Origin: Octopus vulgaris
Taxonomy: Eukaryota
Reading direction: 5' to 3'
NCBI GenBank assembly: GCA_951406725.2
Contig: OX597818.1
Coordinates: 102,734,001 to 102,798,000, forward strand
Length of the DNA: 64,000 nt
Shown here: one piece after another, positions 27,553 through 41,599 of the stretch
Layout of the letters: every line of letters begins with the position of its first letter
How positions within the stretch are numbered: position 1 is the stretch's first letter
Notes under the pieces: generated by a model
Databases searched by the model: none
The model's input: only the letters and a program-made list of their open reading frames with translations
What the model was told of the DNA's origin: nothing
Translations under genes and position numbers: made by a program

Positions 27553-27954
27553 TTCTTTTACTTATTTCAGGCATTTGACTGCGGCCATGCTGGAGCACCG
27601 CCTTTAGTCAAACAAATCGACCCCAAGACTTATTCTTTGTAAGACTAGTACTTATTCTATTGTTCTCTTCCGCCAAACCGCTAAGTTACGGGAACGTGCT
27701 CACACTAACATCGGTTGTCAAACGATGATGGGGAACAAACACAGACTCACACAGACACTCACACACACAGATATATATATATATATATATATATATACGA
27801 CGGGCTTCTTTCAGTTTCCATCTACCAAATCCACTCCCAAGGTTTTGGTTAGCCCGAGGCTATAGTAGAAAACGCTTGCCCAAGGTGCCATGCAGTGGGA
27901 CCGAACCCGGAACTATGTGGTTGGTAAGGAAGCTACTTACCAGACAGCCACTCC
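27553..27954 (-). mobile_element. SINE family B
   Basis: Full-length match to the family. Confidence 0.9.
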
Positions 27955-29184
27955 CGATAAATGTTGACAGAAATGCATCGAGAATATTTTATAATACTCT
28001 TTACCGATAATACTAGAATAAATAATAATTCTTCCCCTATAACTGGTTTTCTTTTGACTATTTATAAACACGTGCATTGCTGTCTATTTTTATACGTTTC
28101 TGCTAATCTGTCTAGGTGAATTATATAAAATATCTATATTTATATGGTCTTATTTGTACATTTATTTCAGTATGTAAGTTTTGATTTATTTTCTTCTAAT
28201 ATATAATATATTTGAATTTGACAAAATGCTATTATTCAGAAGTTTATTTCAGCTCTTTAAAAGAATTTGCATGGAAATAGTTTCGTTATATTTAAGTATA
28301 ATTTATTGCTGATTTTGACAAAATAGCCAAGATGCTGGATTGGTAAAATCGTTATAAATCAGAAAAAATGATGTGAGAAATTTTATCTGGCTCTTTCCAA
28401 ATAGTTTCCGGATCGTCTATGCTTTTCAGCCACGCGGTTTTGATAGAAACAAAGTACCAATATTTGAAACTACTGTTATCATGGTAGCCAACGTGCTGGA
28501 TTGCAGGAATCGTTAGAGAGTCGACAATATGCTTGGTGATGTTTTTTCCAGGCTATCTGAGTTCAAATTCTGCCGGGTTGAACCTTTCCTCTTATTATTT
28601 GTGATATATAAAATAAAGTATCACTCAGGTGCTGAAGCCGTGGTCTTGTACATGCGTTAGCAAAATTACTTTTAACGTTGACAAGAAGATAAATTTTCAG
28701 AATTGTTTGACACCGAAAACAGTTTCGATATTTCTTAAAGCTCTAAGGCGGTGACCTGGCAAAATCTTTATCCCACTGAGCACGTAATAGGTTTGGTAGC
28801 ATTACGTCCATCTTACTGTTCTGTCAGAAAATAGTAAATGTGCTTTCTCTGGCTAAAGAGGTCTTTCACACTTATTTCTTGTAATGCTGGTGCTTCGTCT
28901 ACCGTTAGTCACTGTTAGGGTGAATTATTTCCTTCTTGGTTTTGAATTACGTCTAGCCACCTTAAATTCAGCAACAACTGGTAGAGTCACTCCTAAAGTC
29001 CGGCATAATAGCTGATTTACTGAAGGATAGTATCTCTTCACCTCTCTCTCACTCACCACTCTCACAGCAACTACCACAATTATCATCATCATCATCATCA
29101 CCGCTACCACCATCGTCTGGTACCACTTCAAATATTAATAATAAACCACTTCTTTCTTCACCCACGTCACCACTTCAATCCTAC

Positions 29185-30234
29185 TGTAGTTTAGGATAAG
29201 ACCCTCCAGGATCTTCCAGATGTATATCACTTCATATCTCTCCCGCCTTCGCTCTAGGGAGAAGAGTTTTAATACATTCAGTCTTTCCCAGTAGCTGATA
29301 TGTTGCATTGAGACGATCTCCTTACTGTAGCTTCTTTGAATTGTTTCGAGTTCTGCTGTTAGCTTTATATTGTGTGGTGACCATAGTTGGGAGCAGTAGT
29401 CCAAGCGGCTGAGGACGAAAGTTTTCCAAAGGACCATCAGTGTCTCCTTCTCTCTAGTTCTGAAAGTTCGCAGAATCCATCCAGCTAGCCGTCTGCATTT
29501 TATCACCAAATTAGTAATATGCACTTGGAAAGAGTCATCATTGCTCATGTCAATGCACTGATTTTGACTCAGGAATTGCAATTCTTCACGGGCCAGTGTA
29601 TCCAGTCTGCATGTCATTTACCTTTGTGTGCCGGTAACGCAGGGCCTGGAACTTCCCTGCATTAAACTGCATTTTGTTGTCCTCAGCCCACCTGTATATT
29701 GTATCCAACTCATGTTGCAGATGTGCAATATTTCCAGGGTTTTGTATCGTGTTGGAGACTTTTGTGTCATCTGCATAGCCAGCAAGGGTGACCATCTTAG
29801 CAACTAAGGGCATGTCTGAAAGGGCCACTATGAACAGCAGTGGCCCCAAGATAGTGCCCTGTGGAACACCGCTTGTTATTTGTGCTTCCTTGGAGGTGGC
29901 TCCATTCGCCACAACTGCCTGCCTTCTTCTTTTAGGAAGTTGTGCAACCACTCTCCAACTTTTCCGCCTATGCCGAGACCACGCAGTTTGTGACAGATCA
30001 TACCATGGTCGACTTTATCAAAGGCTTTTGCAAAGTCGAGATATATCACATCTACATTTGAGCCACTTAGTAGCTGTTTTAACACCCAGTCATAGTGTTG
30101 CAGGAGCTGTGTTAGGCAGCTTCTACCTGGTCAAAATCCATGCTGGGTGTCAGTCAGCAAGTCATTTTCTTCAAGGAACGTGATTAGTTTCTTGCGGACT
30201 ATTCGTTTCATGACTTTGCTGATGTGTGAGGTCA
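29185..30234 (-). pseudogene. CR1-clade LINE reverse transcriptase fragment, frameshifted
   Basis: QHGF, YLDFAKAFDKVDH, SGVPQGTILGPLLF, YADDTK, FNAGKFQ, SRLDYCSQLWSP, SLERRRERY across three frames. Confidence 0.93.
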
Positions 30235-30261
30235 CACATATATTCATATATGTAAATATGA

Positions 30262-30302
<41 letters not shown>

Positions 30303-30313
30303 ATTCTTGAAAT

Positions 30314-30370
30314 ATCATGCTGATGAAGGAAATGAATTTCAAAATTCTAATCCCGAAACGCGTACATGAT
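30314..30370 (+). ncRNA. Minimal hammerhead ribozyme motif
   Basis: AUCAUG-CUGAUGA-A-GG...CC-GAAA-CGCG-UA-CAUGAU: perfect 6-bp stem I, palindromic ACGCGU, GUA site; the element lies between (TA)n tracts. Confidence 0.72.
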
Positions 30371-30645
30371 TAATCATAAGACTGGTTGTTTTCGTTATTT
30401 TTTCTCCTTTTTACCTATGTGAGTTACGAGTATTGCAGTCTGTGGAGTTATATTGTAGTTAAAAGAATTAGCGGTGTTTGACTGCTATTTCAAAATTTTC
30501 GGTATGTGGTGAAGCAACTTTTTGCTTAACCTTTAATGATATTCATATACATATATATATATATGCATGTATGTATATATACATTATATATATACACGCA
30601 TCTATGTATATATATATACATATATATACATACATACATGCATGC

Positions 30646-30714
<69 letters not shown>

Positions 30715-31454
30715 CAAAATTTATGTAATCCCTATTCTTTGACATTCATTGATTCATATTCAATGCGAAATCTCTTAACGCTGTAATCAAGCACTTATGA
30801 ATATTGAGTTGTAACATGTCCTTAATATCACTAGTCTTAAGCGAAACCATAATATATGTATTTGTGAGTGCATGTGTGTATGTGTGGGGAGAGAGATAAG
30901 TATATCAAAATATACTTCAATGCCCTCTCATGAGGATTTCATCAGCCGTACCTTATTTGATTGTATTAAGTTAAATCAATAATCATAGAACAGAATTTAT
31001 CTTCATTTCCTTTAAAACAGGGCAAATATTTCAAATTCCTTCTGAGGAAATACGTTATAGGCATGCATCAAAGATTATATTGTAATGTTAAAGAGAATAA
31101 TACTAAGATAATGCATTCACAGAAACAGAGACCGAATCATACCAACTCGACGATATTATAAATGACAAACGGCGCAACAGTGAAGCAAGAGGGAAATCTT
31201 CTGTCGATGCAATCCTCCGAAGATGAACCTAACATAAATGTAGAATATGGAGGAAGGAGATATCAAGGTAGTTGTAAAATAATGGGTATAATCATGATAA
31301 TAAGACTCATATTAAATTAAAGTCTTCTCTGGAAAATATTAAACGAGCGGCATCCCAACGTATGTATTTTTGACAGTATTATATTCACTTAAAAAAATTC
31401 CGAGCAAAATACTGAAAAAAGCGCTGATGTACTTCAACAGTAAAGTACTACGAT

Positions 31455-31845
31455 AGGCGCACGAGTGGCTGTGTGGTAAGTAGCTTGCTTACCAACCACA
31501 TGGTTCCGAGTTCAGACCCACTGCGTGGCATCTTGGTCAAGTGTCTTCTACTATAGCCTCGGGCTGACCAAAGCCTAGTGAGTGGATTAGTAGACGGAAA
31601 CCGAAAGAAGCTCGTCGTATATATGTATATATATGCATGTGTGTGTTTGTGTGTCTGTGTTTGTACTCCCAATATCGCTTGACAACCGATGCTGGTATGT
31701 TTACGTCCCTGTAACTTAGCGGTTTGGCAAAAGTGACCGATAGATAAATACTAGGCTTACAAAGAATAAGTCCTGGGGTCGATTTGCTCAACTAAAGGTG
31801 GTGCTCCAGCATGACCGCATTCAAATGACTGAAACAAGTAAAAGA
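31455..31845 (+). mobile_element. SINE family B, full length
   Basis: TGGCTGTGTGG A box, GAGTTCAGACCC B box, tail GGTGCTCCAGCATGACCGCA...CTGAAACAAGTAAAAG. Confidence 0.92.
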
Positions 31846-33397
31846 CGCATTCAGGGTACTTTTGCTCCTGCCAAATTGAATTAAAGAGTGATAATAATTC
31901 CTGGTTAATATTTTCATATTAAATTAGTTAATCTATAGTATTATGATATCTTCTCAAAGTGACTTTCGCTTGTTTTCATTTCATTTTCATTTTTGCTTTT
32001 TATATCATCATCATTTAGATCGAAGTGTAGAATTATTCCACTGTGGAGTAGAATTCTATATTAGCATTGACATTTTGGGAAGTACTTTAAGATAGACACT
32101 TGACAAATGAGTGAATTTAGAGGCAGAATGCAGGCTTTTGCAAGCATTCAAGCGAGATGTAACTTCCTCATCAGCCTCAGAGTCCTCACTCTTCCTCTAC
32201 AAAGAAAACTGTAAAATATGAAGTATATCTGCAATGTCTCGAAATAAATTGTTTATGAGCCGTTACGCTATAAATAGGATAGGTCTATGCTAATGAGGAT
32301 GAATAAATTATAATCTTAATAATTAAAATAATGATAACAAAGATGAATATGTTTACAGCCGTGAATTTATCTCTGCCATGGAAGCAAATAGCATGATGCG
32401 AGAACAGCGTAATGTATGCTTTCACGACCACAAACATCACAACCACTCCAAACACAATTGCTAATGGCATCCGCTGAAGCAGCCACATTAGTATTATAAG
32501 AAGTGTTTTACTTACAGAAGCAGCAGGGGCTGCAACAGCCAAAATCTCTATCCTTAGTATTACTATTAGCTGTAAGAATAGCAACCACAATAACAGATCG
32601 ATAAACTTCAATATAATATAATGGCTAACGAACTTCAAAGTCAGGAGTAGTCTATATATCTATTGTATAATGCATATATATAAAAGACAAAAGGAATTGT
32701 AATGTAATCATAAAACCGTATAAAAAAAAATCACCAACAAAACCAGAAGCTAAAAACAAAAACAAGAATAATCACGAAAACAAAATACAAAAACAATATT
32801 CCTATAATATTGCAAAAGGCTACCTTAGATGAAACGCATCGTATTTTTATGCATTTGACGAGTGGCAATCATAATGATATATGTTCAAATGTATTAACAG
32901 AAAAGGTTATATAAAATAGCACGAGTTTTATTACACATAAATACTTCCATATCAATGCACTTTGATATATTTTTATTTCAAATCAACTCAGGGCTTCCCA
33001 CTTTAGCCAGAATTTATATGATTCTTTGATATATCACGAACAATTCTAATTTTCCATATAACATAGATATTATATGAAGATAAACCTACGTATATCTCTC
33101 ATATAAAAGTCTCCATTATATGTCAGGTTATAAAAGAATTCTTCCTTTTTCTTTTTTTTTTTTTACTTTTTCTCTCTCTCTCACTTTCTCCCCCCTTCAA
33201 TTATTCATTCATTTATTTAGTTTGGAAAAACCCTGTAACTCTTTCGTTTCGTTTGGTGGGTTTTATTTAGCTGTGTACGTCGAATATGTGGCTTCAGCCT
33301 ACAGATCAATAACTCTGGTTATAATGAGTTGCTGTAAATTCATTTGATAATCAAGGGATACCAAATTATACTGACTTTTATTACCAACACACAACAT

Positions 33398-33462
<65 letters not shown>

Positions 33463-33467
33463 ATATT

Positions 33468-33691
33468 CTTATATTTGTTTCAGTCATTTGACTGCAGCCA
33501 TGCTGGAGCACCGCCTTTTGTCAAACAAATTGATCCCAGGACTTACTCTTTGTAAGCCTGGTACTTATTCTATCGGTCCCTTTTGCCGAACCGCTAATTG
33601 TCGGCGAAGTAAACACACCAGCATGGGTTGTCAAGCGATGGTGGGGAACAAACACACACACAAATAACAAACACGCACAAAGATATATACA

Positions 33692-33728
<37 letters not shown>

Positions 33729-33962
33729 CGGGCTTCTTTCAGTTTCCGAATAACAAATCCACTCAGTTTTATCCTTACTTGTTGCAGTCATTTGACTGGG
33801 GCTATGTTGCAGCACCGCCTTAAAGGGTTTTAGTCGAAGAAATCGCCCCCAGGACTTATTCTTCGTATTCCTCGAACTTAATTTATCGGTCGCTAACTTA
33901 CGGGGACATAGGCACACCACCATCGGTTGTCATGCGATGGCGTGGGGACAGAACAGACACAC
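33468..33962 (-). mobile_element. Two tandem 5'-truncated SINE family B copies
   Basis: Tail motif cagtcatttgact at ~33481 and ~33785. Confidence 0.85.
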
Positions 33963-35394
33963 ACACATAAATGCGTATGCATATGTGTGGTGGGGAGATG
34001 TAAAAAGGTTGAATCTAGATTCGTCCTTTAATTTAGAGGTTTCAAAAAACGATTTCTAATATTGATTCTTTGTATTTTGCTGGTAGCTTACAGGCGTAAA
34101 TTTGCGAATATGAAAATAATACTTGTATATGATGCGTTGTGAATTTTTGGAAATAAATCCCATAAAACTCAACAATTTTGTTAAAAATGGAGAAGAGAAG
34201 ATGTTAAAATATATAAGCGAGTTTTAATTCATGCAGACGATATGTAAGCATGTATGTGTAAGTGTGTATACGCGTGTATTTGCGTTTAACTCCTTAGTAA
34301 TATTTTAATTACATTTATAACTTGCAACCACACAATTGATATGCCCAGAAAACGAACAGAGGACGTTAAAAAAAATTCAGTATATAGATGTATCTAACAC
34401 AGCGTGTCATTGGACTAATAACGTAGCCCCAACACTTTAAGGTTGAAATCTAAATCTTCTAAGTCCTTCAAGAAACCAAACAACAAACGTCTTCACACAA
34501 TCAAACAGCACATTCAAAGTAATCAAATACGTTTGAAAAGCATTCGCAAAACAGTACGTGTATCATCTTCAAGAAAGCTGAAGGATAAAACAGTCAGGCA
34601 CTATTGTGCATCTGATATCGAGACAGAATGAAATCTCAACAGCCTGATATAAAAACCGCATATATTATTAAAAGAAGGTCATTGTATGGTGTATCTGATA
34701 ATTCAACCAGTCTGCACATTTTTATTTTTCTCTTAAAGGAAAATATTTCCCGAACGGCTATAAATACGTTTCAGTAAATAGAATTAATATGGGATAAACT
34801 TACAGGGATATTTTGTCTAATACCATAAAGAAGCATATTGTATATATTCCACAAATAAAACTATACTGAAATGCGTCATCAAGTGACTCTGAAAACATGG
34901 TGGGGTTGGCATTAAAGAACATAGGAGTAAAGAAAGGAATGATTTAGAAAGATTATATGTTCTCAACAGCACATCAAAATACTAGCCGACAGACTCACTT
35001 ACAAAATAATTCATCCGGTCGTCCATTTCGGGATCGCCACATCTCCATCAAACCACATTTAGAAATCGAAGGATAAATGAAAATATCTGAAGATCTCCGA
35101 GTCAATCCAGCATAGACATTTAGGAACAGATCAAACTAATACTCTGAGTCGGTCTGCATTATCTGCCATTTTATGTTAATCTCAATGAAAACAACGGATT
35201 AGTTTCCAGTTGATGTATGTCTAAATATCTTCAATCTATAAGAGATAATAACTCAGTTTCTACATTTCTTATATTGCCTAGAGTTACTTTATATTGTTAA
35301 AAAATATTGTATCAAGCTCGCATTTCCTAACGTATGTGGAGGGCCAAGCGAAAGGAAACCTCAGTTTGGGTTACGCTATCTATTTTTAATATAC

Positions 35395-35609
35395 TTTACT
35401 CTTTTTTACACTTTTACTTCTTTCAGTCATTTGACTGCGACCAAGCTGGAGCACCGACTTTAGTCGAGCAAATCGACCCCAGGGCTTATTTTGTGTAAGC
35501 CTAGTACTTATTCTATCGGTCTCCTATGCCGAACCACTAAGTTACGGGGACCTAAACACGCCAGCATCGGTTGTCAAGTGATGTTGGGGGAACAAACAGA
35601 GACACACAA

Positions 35610-35676
<67 letters not shown>

Positions 35677-35838
35677 ACGGTTTTCTTTCAGTTTCCGTCT
35701 ACCAAATCCACTCACAAGGATTTGGTCGGCCCGAGTCTATAGCAGAAGACAATTGCCCAAGGTGTCACGCAGTGGGACTGAACCCGGAACCATGTGGTTG
35801 GTAAGCAAGCTACTTACCACACAGCCACTCCTACACCT
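35395..35838 (-). mobile_element. SINE family B, full length
   Basis: Full-length match to the family. Confidence 0.9.
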
Positions 35839-36236
35839 AATGTTCAAAGATATTTTATCAAGTTCACATTTCCTAACGTATTTGGAAGGCCAAGCGAAAA
35901 GAAACTTCTGTTTGGGTCACGCTATCTATTTTTAATATATCGGCAATTAAATAGATACTTAGGAACACATTGGCACACACAAACACACACAGACATCCAC
36001 ACACACGTATACGATACATGCACACACAAATACACACACACGCACACACATAAACATGCACTTACAAGCATACACATCTATCTGTCTATCTAAGTATCTA
36101 TCTATCTGTCTGTCTACCTACCTACCTATATTTTTGTTTTAGTCATCCAGCTTCACTTGGTGACGTTATGATGTTCCAGAAATCCATAGTGTTTTCAAGT
36201 AGTTAAAGTAAGTTGTTGAATCGCCAGTTCTATCAA

Positions 36237-36783
36237 TTTTTAAGATTGACTCAGAGTACAGCTGTCGTCTGAGTCAATCTTAAAAATTGACCCGCCTGGT
36301 TTCATGACGAACGAAGGTAAGCATTGCTTTCTCGTGATAGTAGCAGTTGCGAAAGGGGTTATATGGAAGACTAGAGTGAAAGGTATAATGGCAGACAACA
36401 TGATCTCTGGCACCGCCCTGACGAACTTTTTCAAGTTCCATCTGAAAAGGAAGGTGGGGCTAGAGAAAATGTGTCTGTCAGAGTCTGTATTCAAAAAGAG
36501 ATGGATGCGTGTTGCACGGATGCTAGGTGTGACAGACCTTGCATGAACACGCCATGATCACTTGCCAAAAGGTTTCAGTTAAAATAACAGGGCTCGTGGG
36601 GGTGGCTATCCTGTTCTTTTGACTTCATACGTCCCTTTTTGTTCGTGTGTTCTTGTAATTCATTCCATTTCATTGTAAATAACTCATTCGATTTCATTGT
36701 AAATAATTCCATTTCCTTCACATGACCCCAAATCATGTTGCATTGTCCCCATATGTGTAAACCCTTATGGGTAATAAAGAAAT
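36237..36783 (+). mobile_element. 5'-truncated L1/Tx1-like LINE 3' end with inverted 5' terminus
   Basis: 11-bp TSD AGTTCTATCAA at 36226-36236 and 36784-36794; ORF2-like C-terminus FLVIVAVAKGVIWKTR...FKKRW; ~20-bp inverted duplication at the 5' end. Confidence 0.75.
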
Positions 36784-36944
36784 AGTTCTATCAACTAGCA
36801 ATAGTCAACTAACTAGATTAGTTGACTTTTAACTGACCGCTGTCTAAATAGTCGCTTCAGTCCCGACTGATTCGTCTAGTTTCGTCGACTGAAGATCAAT
36901 ACGCCCCACTGCCCGTCCGCCATGCTACTCCCCATAACTTCGCT

Positions 36945-37301
36945 GAAGATTCCGGCCCGGAATTTCTGGTACCACAGTTGACACTGGCTTACGCTTAATA
37001 TCTGATCCCCATATACTGTATTACTATTCGTCGCACTTTCCGTTGCTTTGTTGCCTTTATTGAGCTCATAAAGCCAAGTATGCCGAAAATGCTCCTTTAT
37101 CATTTGCATTATAGCTTTGAAAAAAATAACTATTAACATTGAGCTGCACTCTTCAGCACTTGATCTAAGAATAAACACAAGGTTAAATTACTACTAGCTT
37201 TGCTTTTATAGCAAGTTGATGCAAGTAGTTTATCCCGCGCCCGCTTCGAATTTTAGTTCATGCATTTGAAAAAACTGCATTATTTATGGGATAACACAAT
37301 A
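36945..37301 (-). mobile_element. Mariner transposon 5' remnant
   Basis: KEHFRHTWLYELNKGNKATESA.N.NTVYGD...SVSQCQLWYQKFRAG HTH region; TIR-like TATTGTGTTATCCCATAAATAATGCAG abutting (TA)n. Confidence 0.8.
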
Positions 37302-37362
37302 TATATATATATATATATATATGATTCAATAAAAAGAAATCAAACGGAAAATATGATATACC

Positions 37363-37407
<45 letters not shown>

Positions 37408-37409
37408 CA

Positions 37410-37850
37410 CATATTTAAATTTTAAAAAACGTGTAGTAAATAGATATACGAGCTTATTCTAAATACACACAAGCGGAAGGTCACAAACGTCTGTTCAGTT
37501 ATCCGCCAGAAGGTCGAGCGCAATTTCGGCTATTATAGATATTATTGCTTCCACTTTGGAGGCACCGGCAAGAAACCTACCGAGGGTGGTACCAAAACAA
37601 CAAAACGAGACCGTTAGTAGATGAACAAGACAATACAATAAACAGAATAAAAGGTTAGGGCCGTTCCCATTCCCGGCAAGTTTCTTGCCGGTGCCTGCAG
37701 AGTGGGAGCAATATTATCGATAATGGCCGAAATTGCGCTCGACACTCTGGCCTATAATTGAAGAGGAGATGGTGACCTTCTGTGTTCTCCGTTCGTCTGT
37801 GTATTTAGTATATATTCATATATCTATGTACGACACGTTTTTAAAAATTA
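37410..37850. repeat. Diverged long inverted repeat in (TA)n
   Basis: Arms ~37410-37582 and ~37678-37850 (e.g. gagcgcaatttcggc / gccgaaattgcgctc; ggcaccggcaagaaac / gtttcttgccggtgcc), ~95-bp spacer. Confidence 0.8.
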
Positions 37851-37869
37851 TATCTATATATACATATAT

Positions 37870-37915
<46 letters not shown>

Positions 37916-38910
37916 CTATATCCATCTACATATATATATATACTTGTACATGATGTGCTGTGAATTTATGGAAAGAAATTCCATAAAACTCAACATTTTT
38001 TTAAAAATGGAGATGTTAAAATATATAAGAGAATTTTAATTCATGCAGACGATCCATTAAATGTATGTAGCACCTACACACATTTAATGGACAGAACCTA
38101 TGATCAACATCACCACCTTACTAGCTTTGCTCATTATCAAACATACACATACAAACACAAGATAACAGGTTAGGTACACACTACTTTGCAACAAGCAACT
38201 CAACACGTTTTCGCTCGCTCTTCAGTATTGATATATGAATGACCATAAATATTTAATTCAAATTCAAGCATTTTCATTTCATTCTTTGTAAAATTGTTTT
38301 GTTTTTTTCTTCATTTTCTTCATTGACATTGCTTCTGGAAGCCAGATATGCGAATATAAAACAAAATCAGGTTTTGACTTTATCAACGACTTGAAAGCTG
38401 CCAGAAAAACACCAAATGCCTCTGAATGGATTCTGCAAAGGTTTACTCGACACAGTGAATTACTTGTTGGTAGGTTAACTTGACCAGTCTTCGCTTAGAT
38501 ATCAATAGCAATAACAATCATTTTCTAAGTATTATCAGTAACGATTTTATTGCTTTCCTGTGATTCATCTAAAGCCTCTCGACGCACGATAAACACGTGA
38601 ATCAATGACTAATGACTCACTTGACCAAAGTTTTTCATTGAACGTTTGCACTTATAGGTATGGGTGTATATATATATATATATATATAATAATATATAAT
38701 AATAATTTATGTTTTGGTTTATGTCTATCACTGTTTGAGTTTCATAATAGTGGTTTTATCTCTAATTTATATTTATATATATATATCATATATATGCATA
38801 TATATAGAAAGAGGAAATTATATATACATGTATGTACGTTTTCATATATATATATATGTGTGTATATATACGAAATAGATACAAATTTACATATATAAAT
38901 AAATAAATAA

Positions 38911-38972
<62 letters not shown>

Positions 38973-39590
38973 TTATATGTGTATATGTGCATATGTGCAT
39001 GTGTGAGTGAGTGTGTGTGTGAATGTATGTGTGTACGTGTATATAATACTCAGTGAGGAAATAGATTTGCAAACATTACTATTTCGGACAAGATAAGATG
39101 TATAAATGCCCATATAAATAAGCGATATAAACACGGTAAAAGATAAATTTGGGACAAGGTTGAGAGATGTAAACGATATAAATGATATCTCCGAGGTGAT
39201 ATCATTTTATCGGTGTCCTCACAAAAGAAACATAACATAAAAGAACTTAACCTAGGAAAAAAAATAAATGAAATAATAAAAAATCGTTTGAAAGATAAAA
39301 TTTCACCAACATGCTATAAACCTCTATATTCTTGTAATATGCAGAAGTGATGTTTTAGCATCAGAGAGTATAAACAGTTCCACTACGGAGAGAAAGAATC
39401 GATGCATGAAGTACATGCTGTCTATCGATATTATTTCATTCCCTCTTTCTTCTTCAGTCGCTGTCAACTTTATATTTGATAATTTTTACGACTGCTGTTA
39501 CTTTCGGTGTACGTTCTCTCTCCCTCGGTTATCGTAATATGATGGAATAACCGTTGTTGGACTATATATATATGTGTGTGTGTGTGTGTG

Positions 39591-39690
<100 letters not shown>

Positions 39691-39915
39691 TATATATAAG
39701 TATATATATATGTGTGTGTGTGTCTATCTATTCGTATGTATGTGTCTGTATATATGTATGTCTACGTATATATGTATATATATATATATAGGCATGTATG
39801 TATGTCTACGTAGGTATGTATATTTGTATATATATATATATATATGCATATAGACTTGTATGCATATATATACACATAAATGTATACATTTGCATGTGTA
39901 TATATATATGTATAT

Positions 39916-39949
<34 letters not shown>

Positions 39950-39959
39950 TTATTTATAT

Positions 39960-39990
<31 letters not shown>

Positions 39991-40259
39991 GAAGGTTTGA
40001 AGTGATGTACAGATGATCATATATATTTTTATTTATTTACATCTTATTAAAATTTTTAAACGCTTTCTTCCGTTATCGGAATTATCAAAAGATGCTTCAA
40101 ATTCAGTTTTGATCATTTTATAGTTTTCTGGGGTTTGCCAAGCTTGGAAGAGGAAAGAAAAAAAACATTTGAATTGGTCAAGGTTTTAATTGAAACACTA
40201 GATGTTGTTTTGAATTTCTACAGTACAACTTACAATTGCATTTGCAGGCCTTGCTTTTT

Positions 40260-41490
40260 TGTGCTCATTAAAGAATAGCATATATATAACAACTCGGGAC
40301 CTTCGTCTTCAAGACCTCAAAACAACACTTATTGAAAGACAATGTCCACCCTCTCTTATCGACGAGGGAATTAAACGTGCCAAACAATTAGACACAATAA
40401 CACTAAGAACAAAAAAACATAGCACCACACCTCAAACCGAAACATTACTTTTTATATCAACACACAACCCCAGAAACAGTGAGGCATTCAACACTATTGT
40501 GCAAACTCTCCCTTTATTAACTAGAGATCCAAAAATGAACGACATCCTGAAAACACACAAACCCATCAAATGCAAAAAACAAGACAAATCGCTAAAGTGA
40601 CTACTAACAAATGCGAAGCTTTACAAAACAACCACGAAACCAACGGTTAAAAAATGTGGACGTCCGAACTGTGGAACCTGCCACCACCTGCTTGAAGGCT
40701 CCGACTTCCTTTTCAAACAAAGACAGAGGTTCACAATTAAAACTAGTTTCACCTGTGCCTCTGAGAACCTAATTTATGTAATAACCTGCTCGGGTTGCAG
40801 TCATCAGTACATTGGACAAACGAGTTTAATTTTGAGGAAGAGAATTACTCTGCATAAGGAGAAAATCCGTTTCCCGCAATACAGACAAATCCCTCTTAGT
40901 GAACACATAGAAAAATGTGCAGGTAACATCAAACCAAATTTTACAGTCTTCCCTTTCTATATATCGGACACAATCTCTCAACTAGAACGCTTAAATAAAG
41001 AAACTTTTTTCATTGAAAAATACAAAACACGTCTGAATAAGCATGCATAACCAATTTTTATATTTCTACATATTACATCACTGTACATAAATCCCCTACT
41101 AAACAAGCGCCCCCCCCCTTTTTTTATTTTTATTTTTTAAACCTGTCTCTTTTCTGTACACATATTTTCCCCACCCAAAACCTAAACAGTTATCTCCCTT
41201 ACAGACAACAAGAACAATAATAACAACCAATTACCTCCCGTTACTTGTCAACTTATAAAATCATTCACTCGTGAATCTCGTTATAAACAACATGGACCCA
41301 TTTTCTTCTTAAGAAAAAATATATTTTCATATAAATTAAACATTGTATCATGAATAGCAATTGCGAAACCGGTCGATACATTACAAATTATACTATAACC
41401 ATGTAAGTGTGCGTATTTTCCGTTTTTATTTTTCTTATATACATTACAATCCACCACGTGGGAACAACCGGAATTCCTCTTTTCCATTAC
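40260..41490 (+). mobile_element. Penelope-like element (Neptune-like) 3' part: RT thumb, Cys linker, GIY-YIG endonuclease, 3' pLTR
   Basis: FISTHNP, CGRPNCGTC, FTCASENLIYVITCSGCSHQYIGQT..LRKRITLH, RLNKETFFIEKYKT.LN; one in-frame TGA and a frameshift; ends in (TA)n. Confidence 0.92.
41344..41380 (+). ncRNA. Variant hammerhead motif in the Penelope 3' pLTR
   Basis: UGUAUC-AUGAAUA-GC(AAUU)GC-GAAA-CCGG-UC-GAUACA: perfect 6-bp stem I, palindromic helix III, altered core. Confidence 0.6.
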
Positions 41491-41537
<47 letters not shown>

Positions 41538-41599
41538 AATATATATAAATATAAATATATATATAAATATATATATATATATAAATGTATATATATTTC

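Noticed and set aside
38201-38230. Hammerhead-like CUGAAGA-GCGAGC-GAAA on the minus strand
   Set aside because: Stem II is too short to form and the helix III/cleavage triplet does not fit.
40598-40600. In-frame TGA in the Penelope ORF as possible selenocysteine
   Set aside because: The context SLK*LLT is not a Cys position; CGA-to-TGA decay is simpler, and the copy also has a frameshift.
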